A DNA stretch of 62,361 nt, filler included, from Dugesia japonica (lineage: Eukaryota), in assembly GCA_001938525.1 (NCBI GenBank). It is 5 parts of 5 records of this genome, joined end to end, with 100 filler letters (N's around TTAATTAATTAA, not from the genome) between each part and the next. Parts side by side here need not be neighbours in the genome. Positions count along the whole stretch, not along the records: positions 20,678 to 34,088 come from MQRL01605493.1; positions 34,189 to 47,680 come from MQRL01621640.1; 3 more parts are not named here. One strand, written 5' to 3'. Of this stretch, positions 24,952 to 38,926 are shown piece after piece. Below the pieces are notes generated by a model, which saw only the letters and a list, made by a program, of their open reading frames with translations, had not been told where the DNA came from and did not search any database. Position 1 is the stretch's first letter, and every line of letters begins with the position of its first letter. A program made the translations under genes and the position numbers.

Positions 24952-26737
24952 GGGGTGCAGAAATAATTTCCCCAGTTAAAAATAGTAATAGGAATAACTA
25001 AATAATAATATTAGTTAATAAAACTTTGAAATTTGGTTTACATTTAGTGATATTGATTAATTTGGGGAATAATTGCATTTTCTACAGTAAGAATTATTTG
25101 TATTTAAATTTAAAAACAACCTAGTGTGTTGTCTACTATCTGAACAAAATCGTTCAGCTGATAAAATTTTCTAAAATTAAATATTAAAATAAAAACGGTC
25201 AAGACCAACGACTAGTGTTTTTACTACAGCTCCTTATACTTCATAAGTCTATTTGTAGGGAATTCTTAAGTTAAAATCTATTATATATTGTATTGTATCA
25301 AGTTTAATGAATGTATTTAATTGGCTTATATGTATTATTTTATTAAATTTGTTTTATTAAATTTGATTGATTTAGGTGTAATAAGTACATTGGTTTAAAA
25401 AATGTATTGATTTCAATAGATCTATTAGGTTTATTGAGTATATATGGTTGGTGTATTAAATGTATATGACTTATTAATAGTATTATATTTTTAAAAATAT
25501 TAAAAGTTATAATAGTAAAAATTAAAATTATTTCAAAAAAAATAATTTTAATGTTATTAAAGTTACAGTAAATTTGTTTTTTAAAAATTAAACAAAGCTT
25601 TGAGGAAAAAAGAAACATCCATAATTGGTTTCTAATTAATATTTTGCTTTATTTTTCTAAAATTCATACTTAGAAAAACAGAAATGGCTAATGGACCCTT
25701 ATACAGTTTAATCGAGGGACACAGGAAAGGATCAAAAGAGTCGGATTCATTTTTATATTATCAGAAAAAATCATCAATGCACTCAATTCGCTTAAGGTGT
25801 CAGCTTTATAATCCACTTCAATCAATAAATAAAGTAATTTATTAAATTTGAAAATCGATCATAATCATGGACCTGAAAAACATGAATTGTAGGTGATGAA
25901 ATTAAGAAATGAGCTGAAAACGAAGGCAGAGAAAAATTCATAAACCAACAGAAAATATTTGATGAGGTTTGTCCGTCTGCAACTCGTCAAATAGCCTAAA
26001 AGATTTCATATCCACAAGTATCAAGAGGAATCGCTTATCGGAAAGCATCAACATACCTTCTCATAGATAATTCACCTAATGAATTCATTGATTTGTTAGC
26101 AAGAAAGAAAAGATAAAAGTTCGACGAAAAACACTAAAATNNNNNNNNNNNNNNNNNNNNNNNNNNNNNNNNNNNNNNNNNNNNNNNNNNTCAATTCGCT
26201 TAAGGTGTCAGCTTTATAATCCACTTCAATCAATAAATAAAGTAATTTATTAAATTTGAAAATCAATCATAATCATGGACCTGAAAAACATGAATTGCAG
26301 GTGATGAAATTAAGAAATGAGCTCAAAACGAAGGCAGAGAAAAGTTCATAAACCAACAGAAAATATTTGATGAGGTTTGTTCGTCTGCAACTCGTCAAAT
26401 AGCCTAAAAGATTTCATATCCACAAGTATCCAGAGGAATGGCTTATCGGAAAGCATCAACATACCTTCTCATACATAATTCACCTAATGAATTCATTGAT
26501 TTGTTAGCAAGAAAGAAAAGATAAAAGTTCGACGAAAAACACTAAAATNACCAATTTAACCATTACTATTNTTANTATTAAAATTCAACGTGTAAAAATC
26601 ACTGTCACACTAAATTGACAATAAAACAAAATTTTAACCCATAATATACAACATTATTTTACAGCAGACTAAATTTGACAAGAGGAAATTATTTCCAGGG
26701 AGGATTATTTCCAAGGGGAAATTATTGCATCAACCCC
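24952..26737 (+). mobile_element. Non-autonomous Mutator-like (MULE) element with FLYWCH-type transposase N-terminus
   Basis: From 25684: MANGPLYSLIEGHRKGSK..FLYYQKK..IRLRCQ...DHNHGP....VMKLRNELKTKA...IFDEVC. Imperfect TIRs GGGGTGCAGAAATAATTTCCCC / GGGGAAATTATTGCATCAACCCC; flanks TGCCAGA / TGTCAGA. Confidence 0.65.
25783..26548. repeat. 358-bp duplication flanking a 50-N gap (probable assembly overlap)
   Basis: 25783-26140 is nearly identical to 26191-26548. Confidence 0.88.
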
Positions 26738-27032
26738 TGTCAGAAATGTCAACAGATAAAAGAATTTAAACGATGTGTTATATGTAAATGTGCACTTGAG
26801 GAGTGGCATGTGGCGTATTTATGAGATAAATTACTAATAAAATTGTAGATAAACTCAATTCATGGCACATGTCGTACAATAACAGTATTAAGGATGAACT
26901 TAATCTAATCAATTGTAAATATTGATATAAGAGGCTCAAATTTGCTTAATCAGTAATCTTTATAATCAGCTAACTCCCAGTGTTTTATTATGTAAAAATT
27001 CAATATTATTCATTACTAATTTTTCATTTCAG

Positions 27033-27900
27033 AGAGATGGCATCCCGATATTGAGTCAACACAACAACAAAGCCCTAGTCGAGTCTACCGTCGCATGTCA
27101 AAGAAGAACAGTAAAGTCCGATCCAATCAACTAAATAGAATTAATTCCCACAATGAGAGCGATGAAATGATAAGCAGCAATTATGTCAAAGAGGTAAAAA
27201 ATGGAATTACGGTTAAAAGTAACCGAGTTAGAGGAGTATGTATAGAATTTGGAGGATAAGTTAAAACGAGTCAATGGTAAAAATCAAAAGTTTAGTAATC
27301 ATTTGGTCAATCGTAATCGAGGGCGAAACCATTGGAGAAGTGCTTGTCTAATCATAGAGGAGACGATTTTGAAGCAACATGAACTAACCATCCGAAAAAG
27401 ACACGAATGGCAAATCAGAGTGAGACGGAACTAAAATAGCAGCAGAAAAATATTAAAATGCTGGAGCTGACAATCTAGAAGAACAATGAGACGAGATTCT
27501 TAACTCAGCCACTTCAACAAGAAAAGATACGTGAATTACAAGGAAATATCGAGTAATTGGAGCAGGAGCAACAAAAGTGGAAGGTAGAAAAGGGGCAAAA
27601 CCAAATCGATATTCAAAACCTAGAAAATGCTGTCAAACATCTCCATGATGAAAATATTCGATTTAAATAAACGATATGACGAATAAATAAGAAACATTCT
27701 ACACCTACAAAACCAACTGACGGCTTGTTGCGCCGCAAATCAGTTTGTTGGATCAGATGGCGTTGCAGAAACAAGCTTCCGAATCTCCAGGTTCATTCCC
27801 CAAGCCAGAGCAGTAAATCGATGGCCGTATTCAGCATCCGACGAAGATCTATTCTAGGGTCACTAACCCAGCTCGAGTCGAGCAGTTCTAGGCTACATTA
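27033..27900 (+). pseudogene. Decayed coiled-coil coding sequence of unknown origin
   Basis: GC-richer, purine-skewed segment after a TTTCAG acceptor; fragments such as ELEDKLKRVN and NQIDIQNLENAVKHLHDENIRFK interrupted by stops. Confidence 0.35.
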
Positions 27901-30900
27901 AACTTGTAAATAACAACATTATTGTGTGTGAACTATTATATTTATGGTGTCTTCTAACAATCCCAATTTATGTCTAATCGTTTACTGACAGTCCTATACT
28001 GTCCGATTTGTGCATTCCAGTCGCGCAATCCGCCATTCTATGCTGCCCGAACAAAAGCATCACGAGCCAAGTCGAATGTGCCCTCCAAAATTCGCAGAAT
28101 CAAGTGATTGAGAGAATCGATATTTTCGTTAAAGTGTGATCAAAACGTGCTAATAACATCTATTTCAACTAATCGACTATTGAACACTATTATTTATTAA
28201 AAAGTGTGTAATTCTTTCAACTTTTATTACAAGTTTTAGTTGGTGATCCACTAATGTGTTTTTATTTAATTAACATAGGTGTATGTGTGTGTATGTATGA
28301 AATAATGTAATTTTATACCTTCTTGTTTATTTCCTATTTTCCATCTTTTGCTTAATTTTATTTTGACTATCTGAGATGCTTGCTTGAGGGATCATTCTGA
28401 CTAGAGTATGAATAATGACCGAGCTTCCGCGAAAGAAGTTGAAGAATTGAGTTCCGCATGAATAAAATGATAACTATGAGATGAATGAATAATGCATAGT
28501 GCCATATAATTGAGGAAAGAAGGAATTTAATAGCGAGAAATTCCGAGGCAGAACTTTTTTAGGGGACATCAGTATTATGTTGGGCTGGAATTCCAAGTTT
28601 TGAAGAAAGAAAAATGCAAAATTAAATGAAAATAGAGCATGAGCAAGAAAAATTAAAAATAATGTAAAATAAATAATGCTAGACAAGAAATTTGATTATT
28701 CTTATTCTTATTATCATTATTATTATGTATTATTATTAATATAATTATTATGAAATTATTATATGGATTCTGTAAAATGAAAATTGGAAGTAGAGGACCC
28801 TAATAGGGAATTAAGAAATAATTTTTTGATAAAAGAGAAGAAAATGATGAGATAGATAGTAAAAGTAATATAAAATAGTATAATAATATATTACGAGTTT
28901 CTACGACCCTATTTCTTCATTATAAAAAAGATAATCGCCGTTTAATATTATTATTAATTAATTAATTCCAAGTCATCTGGTCAAGTCATCGTCTGGTTTT
29001 GAAAAATAAATTTAAAATAAGTATTAAGTTAAAAAATTAATCATGAGATAAACAAAGCTTACTTGTCTGACGACACAAATTTTGAAAACCAAATTTGATG
29101 TCAATCATCGGAGGCACACCAACGGGACGAATGCATCGGAATGGAAGTGCACACGGAACGTTAACAGGATGACGGCCAATGAAAAAGCTGGATTCCGGAA
29201 TAGTTAAGACTGATTGGCTAGCTAATGAGTAGCACCAACTTCTTCCTTCCGTAAAATGAATAAAACGGGAGTGTCCAGACAAGAAAATGAGAATTTTTGA
29301 AAAACATTTTTGAGATTATAAAACATTTCTTATCATCATAATGTTTAAGCATTTTATTGGCCAATATCGATTTGTTGTTCAATTTTGTTTATCNCTTGGA
29401 AAGATAAATTGGAGAAGTAAATTTTATTATTATTACTTAAACCCATTCTAAATTATAACTTGCATAATTAAGTGAATGATGAGAAGCGAAGATAATTTAT
29501 ATTTTGAAAGGAAAATCAAAAATCACAGAGAAGTCAAGGTAATTTATGATTGATTCAAAAGCACTATGATTTCAGAAACTAAACTGAAAAATCCACACAA
29601 ATTATATTGAGAAAGGCATTATGATTTCTAGAAACAAATGGTGATGAGCAGACAAATGATATTGAGAAATGCATTGAGTCCCTAAAAAATTAGATTAAGA
29701 ATTGCATTATTATTTCAAGAGGAAATACCAGAAAAGAAATTATATCGAAACTTGAATTATTAGCTCAAGGGAAGATTTCAGAACATCGAGAAATTATGTC
29801 GAGAACTGAATTTTTGAAACTAGGGAGCTCGGTTATATAAATATAAATATATATATCTGCTACTTTTAAAAATATTTTTTTGTAGTTTGATTTGGTAACG
29901 GCCTGTAGATACATTATTTAATAATATGGTGTTGCTTTTCGTTATATTGCAATTTTATTTCATTGGTATCAAGTTAATTCCTCAAGTTGGAAATGCCATA
30001 AAGATAAAAAACAAGAATGATGCAGGCTAACTAGCGTGGCTCATACGAAAAAACAGTATAAATACTGATGTATTGCAGTAGTTTTTTCGAGAAATATTTT
30101 TTAATTCAAGGAACCAATCTCTTTGAGCGGCTACCTTGCTTTAAATAAAATATAGCGTTATAAGTTATTAAGGTTGTACGATATTGTTATATACTAAAAA
30201 TATCATATTTTTAAAGATGTGTTATTTTCTTTAATTGACATAAGAACTTTTACACACATTACCATATTTATAATTGGTCGTAAATATATTACATCTATAT
30301 ATTATATATATATTACGTATTATATATTATTCTATATATATATATATATTACATCTATATACTACACATATTAAATACTACCCTAAAATCAATTTGTATA
30401 AATCAATCTATAGTTTCAATTTATCGAACCATAAAGAAGGAGAATAATAGAGTTACGCAACAAAATGCTCAGATTGAAAGGCGTCAACGGAAGGCAAATA
30501 TATAAAAATAGAATAGAAGGAACTCGCACTTCAACAAGCCAACAGATTAATAGCGGAGGTAATCAAGATTTAGGCGGACAGAGGTCACAATGCTCAACAT
30601 ACTTCGAACATTGTGGTTAAACTATCAGCCACCCAAAAAGGTCATATTGCCGGATACAGATGTTGATGTAAATAAGTGAAATGTTAAATATATACCGTTC
30701 AATTAAATTGCTTTCGTTATGTATGACCAGTTTCCAACAAGTAATAATTAATTAGGCGTTATGAATTAAATAATCAAAATGTGAGATTAACTAAGCAAGT
30801 AATTCAAGACGGTTCAATAACATCAGGATATAAGACGCGATACCGCAAAGTCATGCTGAACCCGAGAAGAGGGGCATGTCACAGAGGTGACACAAACGCT

Positions 30901-33900
30901 TGAGCTTTCTAGGTATGCCCCTAGACAGTGGAATTGTTAAACATCGAGAAAAGAAGTGGAGAACTAAAAGAAATTTAGTTTTAACATTAAAATCCTAGAA
31001 ACCCAACAAATTTATAATTTATTTATAATTATATTTGAGCATTATTGAAAGATATCCTCGAAATACAAGGACGATTAGATGAGGATTAACAACCAATGTT
31101 ACTTGTAAGATAGTTTTTAAAAGCAGATTTATTTTTTAGTATTTTGAGGCGGAATTTACTAAAATCAGTTTGTTAAATATTTAAATTTGTTTCATAAAAA
31201 ATAAGATATATTAAATGTATTTGTAAATTTGACATTTAATAAAATTTTGGATGAAGTAGAATAGGATAAAATATAAAATGTATTTTTAAATTTGACATAA
31301 GATAAATTATATAAATGTTTTGCAAATACTGATATTTGATGTTTTCCGTTTTTGAATATGAATTTTTAAATTTGTTTGAAAAAAGCAAATTTATATGTAA
31401 AGTTTTTGTTTGTGAATAAAGTTTTGATATTAATGATGCTATGAGTATTTCAAACTCATCTAACATTACCTAAATCTGTAATTGACCAATTCATGCAATC
31501 AGTTGTTTGCAGACCTTATTGTTTAGGATGTGCCCAATTCAATTTGGTTTTAGCGATATACAACCACATTGATGAAATGAAAAAATATAAGTTATTATTA
31601 TTGTCATTGGTGATTATTTGTATTTTTTTAATAAATGTATTATTTAGTGATATTTGTTAATTTTTTGGAATTCGAATTTGAATTTTACTGTTTAATAAAT
31701 AACAAATAGTAAAAACAAAATTAATGAAAAAATTTAAAATATTAAAATAAATTTAAATAGCTAAAATACAACTTACATAACTAAAATAACTTAACTAAGC
31801 AAAAAAATTTACTTAAATTGAGAATGTTCAAACTGGCCTTCTTTAGGGACCAAAATTGTTAATTGGCAAAGTTAAATTGTTTTTTTTATAATTTATAGAA
31901 TTTAATAAAGTTGTTTTTTTTATTAAAATTACATAAAACTTGATACATTTTTATAGAAATTTAATAAAAGCTTTTGTTTCTAATTATAATTTAATACAAC
32001 TTGTCAATATTTAATAAAAATTGTTACTTTTTATAGAAATTTTATAAAAATTACTTATAAGCTTTTATATAGAGTTTTATATAGGGCTTATTAGATATCA
32101 TACGGTTTCTATGGATGTTTATTTATTCCAAGTTTTCCATATAGTCTTATATGGATGATAATGGATTATATGGGTTTCCTATGGTTTCTATATAGATTTA
32201 TTTATTCTTATAAGGTATTTATACAGTAATTTTAAGTTATGTAGGGATTTTATGGGTTGATATAATAACCTGTTAAATTCCGCACATGATAAATTAGTGT
32301 ACATAATAGATATATTTTTAAAACGTTCCACACTTTTATGATTATTTAACACACACATCAACACCATAAACTTGACACCCAAATATACACCTACATTTTC
32401 AACACACAATACCACCCAACTCTAATACCCACAATACCACAAAAAAAGATTTTAAAATAAAAATTTAAAGAAAATTTAAAAATACCACAAAAATTGAATT
32501 TAAACAATAAAAAAAATTTCCGATTTTGATCTCATCAAAAAATGTAATCGTCAATCACATCCGAAATCAATAATCAATCAGATCGGATATCAATATATCG
32601 ATCAGCATTGGGGACCTTGGCCAATGTACTCACATTTACATACATGCTCTCAAACATCATCCAGAACTGAAGTCCTTATTGATTGGAAAGCCATGAATAA
32701 TCAATAATCTAACAGTGATTTTACAACATTTTTATGATATTTGTATCTATATACATTTTAATTCTTTCTTTTGCTCTAGCTTTGTGTTAGCATCTCTCTC
32801 TTACAATCTTATGACGCAAAATTCAGATTGTTGACCGATGCTGTGCATCTTGTAAATATTTAAATAATAAAAAATATATTTTTAAACCGCCGTTCTACTA
32901 AGTTTATTTGTCATGTTTTTTGATAAGTAAAGTATGCAAATTGTAGTCTGATAAGATATTAAAATTTTTTTAAAAAGTTGAAAAGGCAACAAATGTAAGA
33001 AAAACCGAGTAATTAAAATTTTTACAATGACCATATTTCAAAGGATCATCATTTGAATATGTGAAACTATGATTCTTATAAATTTTCTAATGGCAATATC
33101 AATGTTAATTAATTGCGCCCCGGTAGTATTTATGTTAATGTGATGACTGATAGCAGTGGCATGTAAAGTTATATTTTCAGTTTTAAGTTAATATTAAAAA
33201 GTAACAGTTAATTTAATAATAATTTAATTTAATTTATTACAAAATAAGTTTGTTTAAAATAGTTCTATAGTTTTATTCAATGTTAATAATAATAAATTTC
33301 TTATGTTAAATTACCAAAAATAGTAAAATATAAATTAATAAATTACTAAAGATATACTTTGATTTAAAATATAAATCGTAAATAATTTTGAGCATTAAAA
33401 TTAGTATCTTGTTGTTACTAAAATAGTTAGTTGTGTAAAAATAAAAATATATAGTTAAAACCTACATTCATTTTTAAAAAAAACAGTTACACTACTTATC
33501 AACACGCAATTCATTTTTTCAACTAAAAATTTTGTAACGAAAATATTTTACGAGTGAATTTATGCTAAATTGATTTTATTGGCTAGGAAAAAATTTGGAA
33601 AAGAAATCTTTATTTTATTTTTCAATTTTAGGATTTGAAAAGGATAGTAAGTATTGGCAGAATCTTTTCTTTCATAAATTTAATTAATTTCCTTTAATTA
33701 CTTTAATTTAAAAATTATAGGCTAAAGAAATTTGTTAAATAATTATAAAAATTATTTGTAAATTCTGACCTTGCTTGATTTTTAGTAGAGATACAGGTAC
33801 TTAACCTAACATCTTAATTAAAATTAGCGGTTCCCAAATTTGAATCTCTTATTCTATTTACAAAGGCGATGAGTTGCAAAACTTAGGAACCAGCGTGCGA

Positions 33901-34088
33901 ATAGCTTCCAGGTCACTCAGTATTACTGAGTATTTTTCAAAAATTTAAATAGGAGCAAGTTTCTCGGGAGAGTCCAAAAAATCAATTATATTAATTTTCG
34001 AAAAATATTTATCAACTTCTAGTTATTTTTAGATTTATCTTTCTCATTGTTTTACATAGGATTTTGAAAACTTTATCGACTTTCGTAA

Positions 34089-34188
34089 NNNNNNNNNNNN
34101 NNNNNNNNNNNNNNNNNNNNNNNNNNNNNNNNTTAATTAATTAANNNNNNNNNNNNNNNNNNNNNNNNNNNNNNNNNNNNNNNNNNNN
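34089..34188. other. Artificial scaffold-joining spacer
   Basis: 44 N + TTAATTAATTAA + 44 N. Confidence 0.97.
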
Positions 34189-34849
34189 CTTGAAATTAAA
34201 TTCTGCATCTACATAATTTTAAATTGTTTTCTTAACATTTTCCAATTTGACGCTAGGGGGGGGTACGGCAGTGCGGACACATATGTGGAGTCGAAACGAA
34301 GCATTTTTCAAGCATAGTACTTTAGACAATGTATAGGTAACTTTTAATTTTAAGACTAATGGTAATAGCTTCAAGTCCATATCTCAAAAAACATATTAAA
34401 ATTTAAATTCAAATTCAAATATTTTATTGATCCGATCATATTTTTTTAAAAATAAATTACAGAACATTGCGACGCATACTTGCGCGCATCTTTTCCACTT
34501 TTCAAAACATCGATAGCATACACAGATTGACCTAGAATTACTTTTTGAAAAATTTTGAAAAAAAATTTACTTTAAAATTTTTGTCAAAAAGTTTGTCAAA
34601 AAAAAATTTTTCAAAAAAATTTTTGTCAAAAAAATTTTGTCGCGAAAAAAATTTGACGAAAAAAATGTTTCTGGCTGAGGGGGGAGGGGGGTGCGGCAGT
34701 GCGGTTATATCTCACTACTGCATACAGATAACCTCGATTTGAATACCTGAATATTTTATGTTGGATTGAATTATTATGTTTGTTTAATAATTTCCTTGTT
34801 ATTTCTAACTGAAGTTAAGATACTTATTGAACAATTAATAAATTTTATA

Positions 34850-34916
34850 TTTTGGGGGACATTAAAATTTTTAAAACTTAGGTGGGGCATGGCACAAAAA
34901 AGATTAAGAAACACTG
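34850..34916. mobile_element. hAT (Charlie/MER-like) transposon end
   Basis: GGGGCATGGCACAAAAAGATTAAGAAACACTG followed by ATCTAGA; the reverse complement CAGTGTTTCTTAA is a typical hAT TIR start. Confidence 0.45.
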
Positions 34917-36235
34917 ATCTAGACTCTTGAAGAACAGTTTGGTTAATTATTCATAATAAATACATTCCATTCTTCTATTACCGGAGTTTTCCGTAAGTAT
35001 GACCTGGTATTATTTACAGAAAAAGGCTTCAAAAAAGAATTTCCAAGAATAAGAACTGGTCTTGCTTTACGGAAAATATATTTAATATGGTTATACTCAC
35101 AAAATATACAAAGAAATACAAAGATATAAACAGCTTGCATTTATTTTTCGTCATGTTCAAACACTACTGATCCCAATAGAAAGATTTATACTACAAATCT
35201 TTAAAAAACAAGGAATTATCTGCCGGGTCTCCCATTATTATTATTTTTAATTTTTGTTTAAGTATCTATTCCGATGGTAAGTTATTCATAGAGTCTATAA
35301 AGTAAAGCTCATTTTTTAAAGTTTCTAAATTACAAATGATCTTTTGTCATAGATGGCCCTTTAATCATAAATAAACTGAAAGCGAGCAAAATGAAAAAAA
35401 AGAAATGGAGACGGACGAAATTTTATGTATTTCACAATTCCGTTTTAAGTGTGAATTTTTTTCTATATTGTAAGAATATAATGATTTTAAAATATTGACG
35501 TATTAATATTGTGCTTATGTAAGTGAGAACTATTTAATATTCCGGAATTTGAAAAGAAAAATAATTTATCTATCATTGTATTTAAATATAATCAAACTAT
35601 TGATAAAGAAAATGAAATTTTATACCAAAATCCATAAGTCAATATCATTTTCAGAACAAAAACCCAAATGGACGCTCTGTAACTTTATTGGTTTTGAAAA
35701 ATGATCAAAAGTTTCATTGTACTGCAGTGGTAAATGTAAATCGATTGTTGAATTTACACGATCGAACACAGAAAATTTAAATTAAAATAAAATAGTTTAT
35801 TAAGTGCTCACATGGATTTTGGACACAATCAACATTCGATCGACGTGTAGCTCAATGCATATCAAATACCGAGAATACAACTGTTAGGAGAGTTTGGAAA
35901 ACTCATCGAATCATTAACATTAGAATTCACCTCCATAAATTTATTAAAATTAAAACTATGACAACACTAATTGTATTTTTAAACAAATTAAATTCATGTT
36001 TTAAATTGGTGATCGTTTCTTAAGATTTTTTTAAAATCTATTTAAAGTCATTTTATTTTTAAATAAATTTTCAACTTATTTATTAAAACTTTTTATTAAA
36101 ACATTTGATTTTTAAATAAGATTTTTAAAATAAATTTTCAACTTATTTATTAAAATTTAATTTCAGAATTTAAAACAATTAATTATTAGTCATTGGATTT
36201 TTTATTAAGATTTTTAGCAAAATGTTTCAATTCAT

Positions 36236-36745
36236 TAATCATATCCCACATCATTCTAAACTGCCTCTCGATTTGCCCATTTCTGTTATGATGATATGGA
36301 CTAGAAAACATGAGGGTAATTCCATGTTCAGCTGCGAAATCTTTCATTGATTTAGACTCAAATNNNNNNNNNNNNNNNNNNNNNNNNNNNNNNNNNNNNN
36401 NGAACTTTAATCTCCACTTCTCCAATATTGCTTTCCGTATGGTATATTCATCTTGTTTTGCCATTGCTATCAATGCTACATACTTACTGCATTGGTCCAT
36501 TATACCGAGGACACACTTTTTCCGACCTCTTTTCTCTGACAGTGGTCTTCACACATCTATAAATAACAGTTCAAATATTTCGGCCGGCTACGTCTTTTTT
36601 GTTTCTTCCTTCGTTTTTGTAGTCAACACTTTAGCTTTCTGGCATGTTATACAGCTTCGGACAACCTCTTGTACTTTGCTCCACAAATGTTTTGCGTTAT
36701 ATTTATGCTTCATATACGCTGCTACTTTTTCTGTCGTCAACAGTT
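36236..36745 (-). mobile_element. Gypsy integrase fragment
   Basis: VVRSCITCQKAK, FELLFIDV, IMDQCSKYV, FSSPYHHNRNGQIERQFR. Confidence 0.9.
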
Positions 36746-36787
36746 TCATTGCAAATTTGATATTATTGCTGGAAATATGGATAGTAT

Positions 36788-37035
36788 TTTCTTATCATAT
36801 AATTAAGTAGATAAAAATCAACTCTTGTCACAGATAAAATCAGATGATCTCTTGGATACAAGCAATTACACAAAAGATCATCAACTTTATTCTAACAATG
36901 TGGCCAGCATAATTGAATTGTTTGAAGATGAAGGAGAGAGTGAAGATTATACTTAATGGGTATTCTTAAGGCCTAAATCTTATGGTTTGAAGAAAGCAGA
37001 TACTAGTATGATAATGAAGGCAAAAGAAAACAGTT
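36788..37035 (+). pseudogene. C-terminal fragment of another Polinton pPolB
   Basis: LLDTSNYTKDHQLYSNN..IIELFEDE.....*WVFLRPKSY....MKAK matches the FDTSNY..H.LYS...G.FKDE...LRPK.Y..KAKG region. Confidence 0.75.
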
Positions 37036-37559
37036 TAAAATAAACATAACCGCCAAATGTTATAAAAGTATATAATGAATTTGAATTAAAATTCAAATCA
37101 AACTTTAAACAAAATATTGAAATTGAAGAAAACTCGCCAACCACCAGAAAAATATTGAAAGACAGAACCTTAGATTATTATTATTATAGAGAATAAATCT
37201 AAATTTTCTTAAAGCAAAGATATAAAAGAAGAACTTTAGAAAGTCAAAGGAACTCTTCTAGTAAGAACAAATCCAAGTTCAATTATCCTTTATCCAAAAA
37301 TAAAAACAATAAATCTTTATTGTTTTTCGTTAATGAAATTTGTTAAACAATTATTAATTTTGTTAAATATTTTTATATTTTTGTCAAAGGTATTTAAAAA
37401 AAACTTATAAAGCATACATTCTGGTTGTCCCAAAATTGAGACAGGAGACGCTGCCGGCCTCGACAGATTACTTTCATAATTAAAATAATAGAAACAATAA
37501 TAAACAAAACTAATTAAAATAAAATAATAACACTACAAGTTTATTAAATTAGATTACCA

Positions 37560-38410
37560 TATTGCAATAGGTTATGCTGAAGGACATTGTTGTACACATA
37601 ATGAGATTTCAACTTTTTTTGAGATGAAGTTTAAATGCGCATCAATCAAAGACAGGTTTGTGATATTTTAGCCAAAAAACAATATTTACTTGAATTCGAA
37701 GATGATGAAATTCTTTAACATTGAACTGCAAAATTTCCAGAACTTTATTCTTCTCTTTACACATGATTCTGTCAGAAATGGGAACACAATATTGTTATAA
37801 ATAAATAAATTTTAATTGCCAAAGCCAAAAAATTTGCTGAATATAGGTGATGTAAAGTTTTTTAATGGACGGTTAGATCATTTCAAAAAACGAAATAAAA
37901 TAAAGAATTTTGTTCTTGAAGGCAAGTCAGCATCTACATATATTTTGGAACTGGATGAGTGTGTAAAACGTGTAAAGATGGAAATACAGCCCGGATGACA
38001 TATTTAATATGGACGAAACTGGCTTGTTTGCTGAATATTCAGGTGAAAGATCCTTAAGCACAAGTGAATATAAAAGTGGAACTGAACCAAATAAAAAAAG
38101 ATTTACCATTTGTATTTGTACGAATTCCACGGGTACAGAAAAAAACAGTGTTTATCATTGGGAATTCAAAAAAACCTCGCGCATTTAATAATTTTCCTGT
38201 TTCTGCCTATTGTGATTATAGGGTTAATAATAAAGCTTGGATGACGGGTGAATTGTTCAAAGATTGGATCGTTAAGTTTGATGATGGAATATTTTGCAGT
38301 GGTCGAAAAATATTATTACTTGTCGATAATGTATTGCTCACATACATCTTAATGAATCACTGAAGTGCATAAAAATAACATGTTCCAACCCTAATTTAAA
38401 TAGCCACGTT
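37560..38410 (+). mobile_element. Tigger/pogo (CENP-B-like, DDE_1) transposase remnant, interrupted at 38410
   Basis: FNGRLDHFKKR, LEGKSAS, DDIFNMDETGLF, IIGNSKKPRAF, NNKAWMT, KILLLVDN; coding breaks off at PNLNSHV just before the expected QP.D motif. Confidence 0.9.
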
Positions 38411-38581
38411 AGTAGATAGATAATGCCGAGATGCATCCTTTTTTTGTTAGCGTTTTTAAATTTTTCAAAAAATTTTTTAAATGAAAATAATAAAATAAAA
38501 AGGTATTATTTTCTAAGTAAAAATTAAAAAATTCTCATTTTTTAATTTTTATAAATAGCGCATTTTCTATGAAAATATCGG

Positions 38582-38647
38582 AAAATTAGAAATCGCACAA
38601 AAAACAAGAAATGTAAAAAATTAGAAATCGCACAAAAAACAAGAAAT
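38582..38647. repeat. Direct repeat in the putative Polinton terminal region
   Basis: AAAATTAGAAATCGCACAAAAAACAAGAAAT occurs twice, 35 bp apart. Confidence 0.85.
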
Positions 38648-38926
38648 TGCAAAAAATCGAGAATGTAAATTCGACCATGAGAAATTTCAAAATCGTAAAT
38701 TTTTTGAATTTGAGAGTAGAAAAAATTTCCTCTTTAAGAGGACCCCCACATTTTTATTTTTTTTCAAAAATGTAACATTTGTAATAGAATATTTAAACGA
38801 CAATCGGGTCTTGCGACTCATAGAAAAAATTGTGGTAAAAGAGATTTTTCATATAAATGTGAAAGATGTAAGAATCGATTTAGAACACAAGCCGAGCACG
38901 ATCAACATATAAATTTAAATGTTTNT

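Noticed and set aside
29068-29095. CTGACGA...GAAAA hammerhead-like
   Set aside because: Stem II is poor and there is no stem I or cleavage triplet
34943-35140. VLILGNSF motif suggesting SRR1 or SGNH family exon
   Set aside because: Single short motif without supporting context
36310-36810. 166-aa plus-strand ORF
   Set aside because: Antisense to the Gypsy integrase fragment and spans a gap
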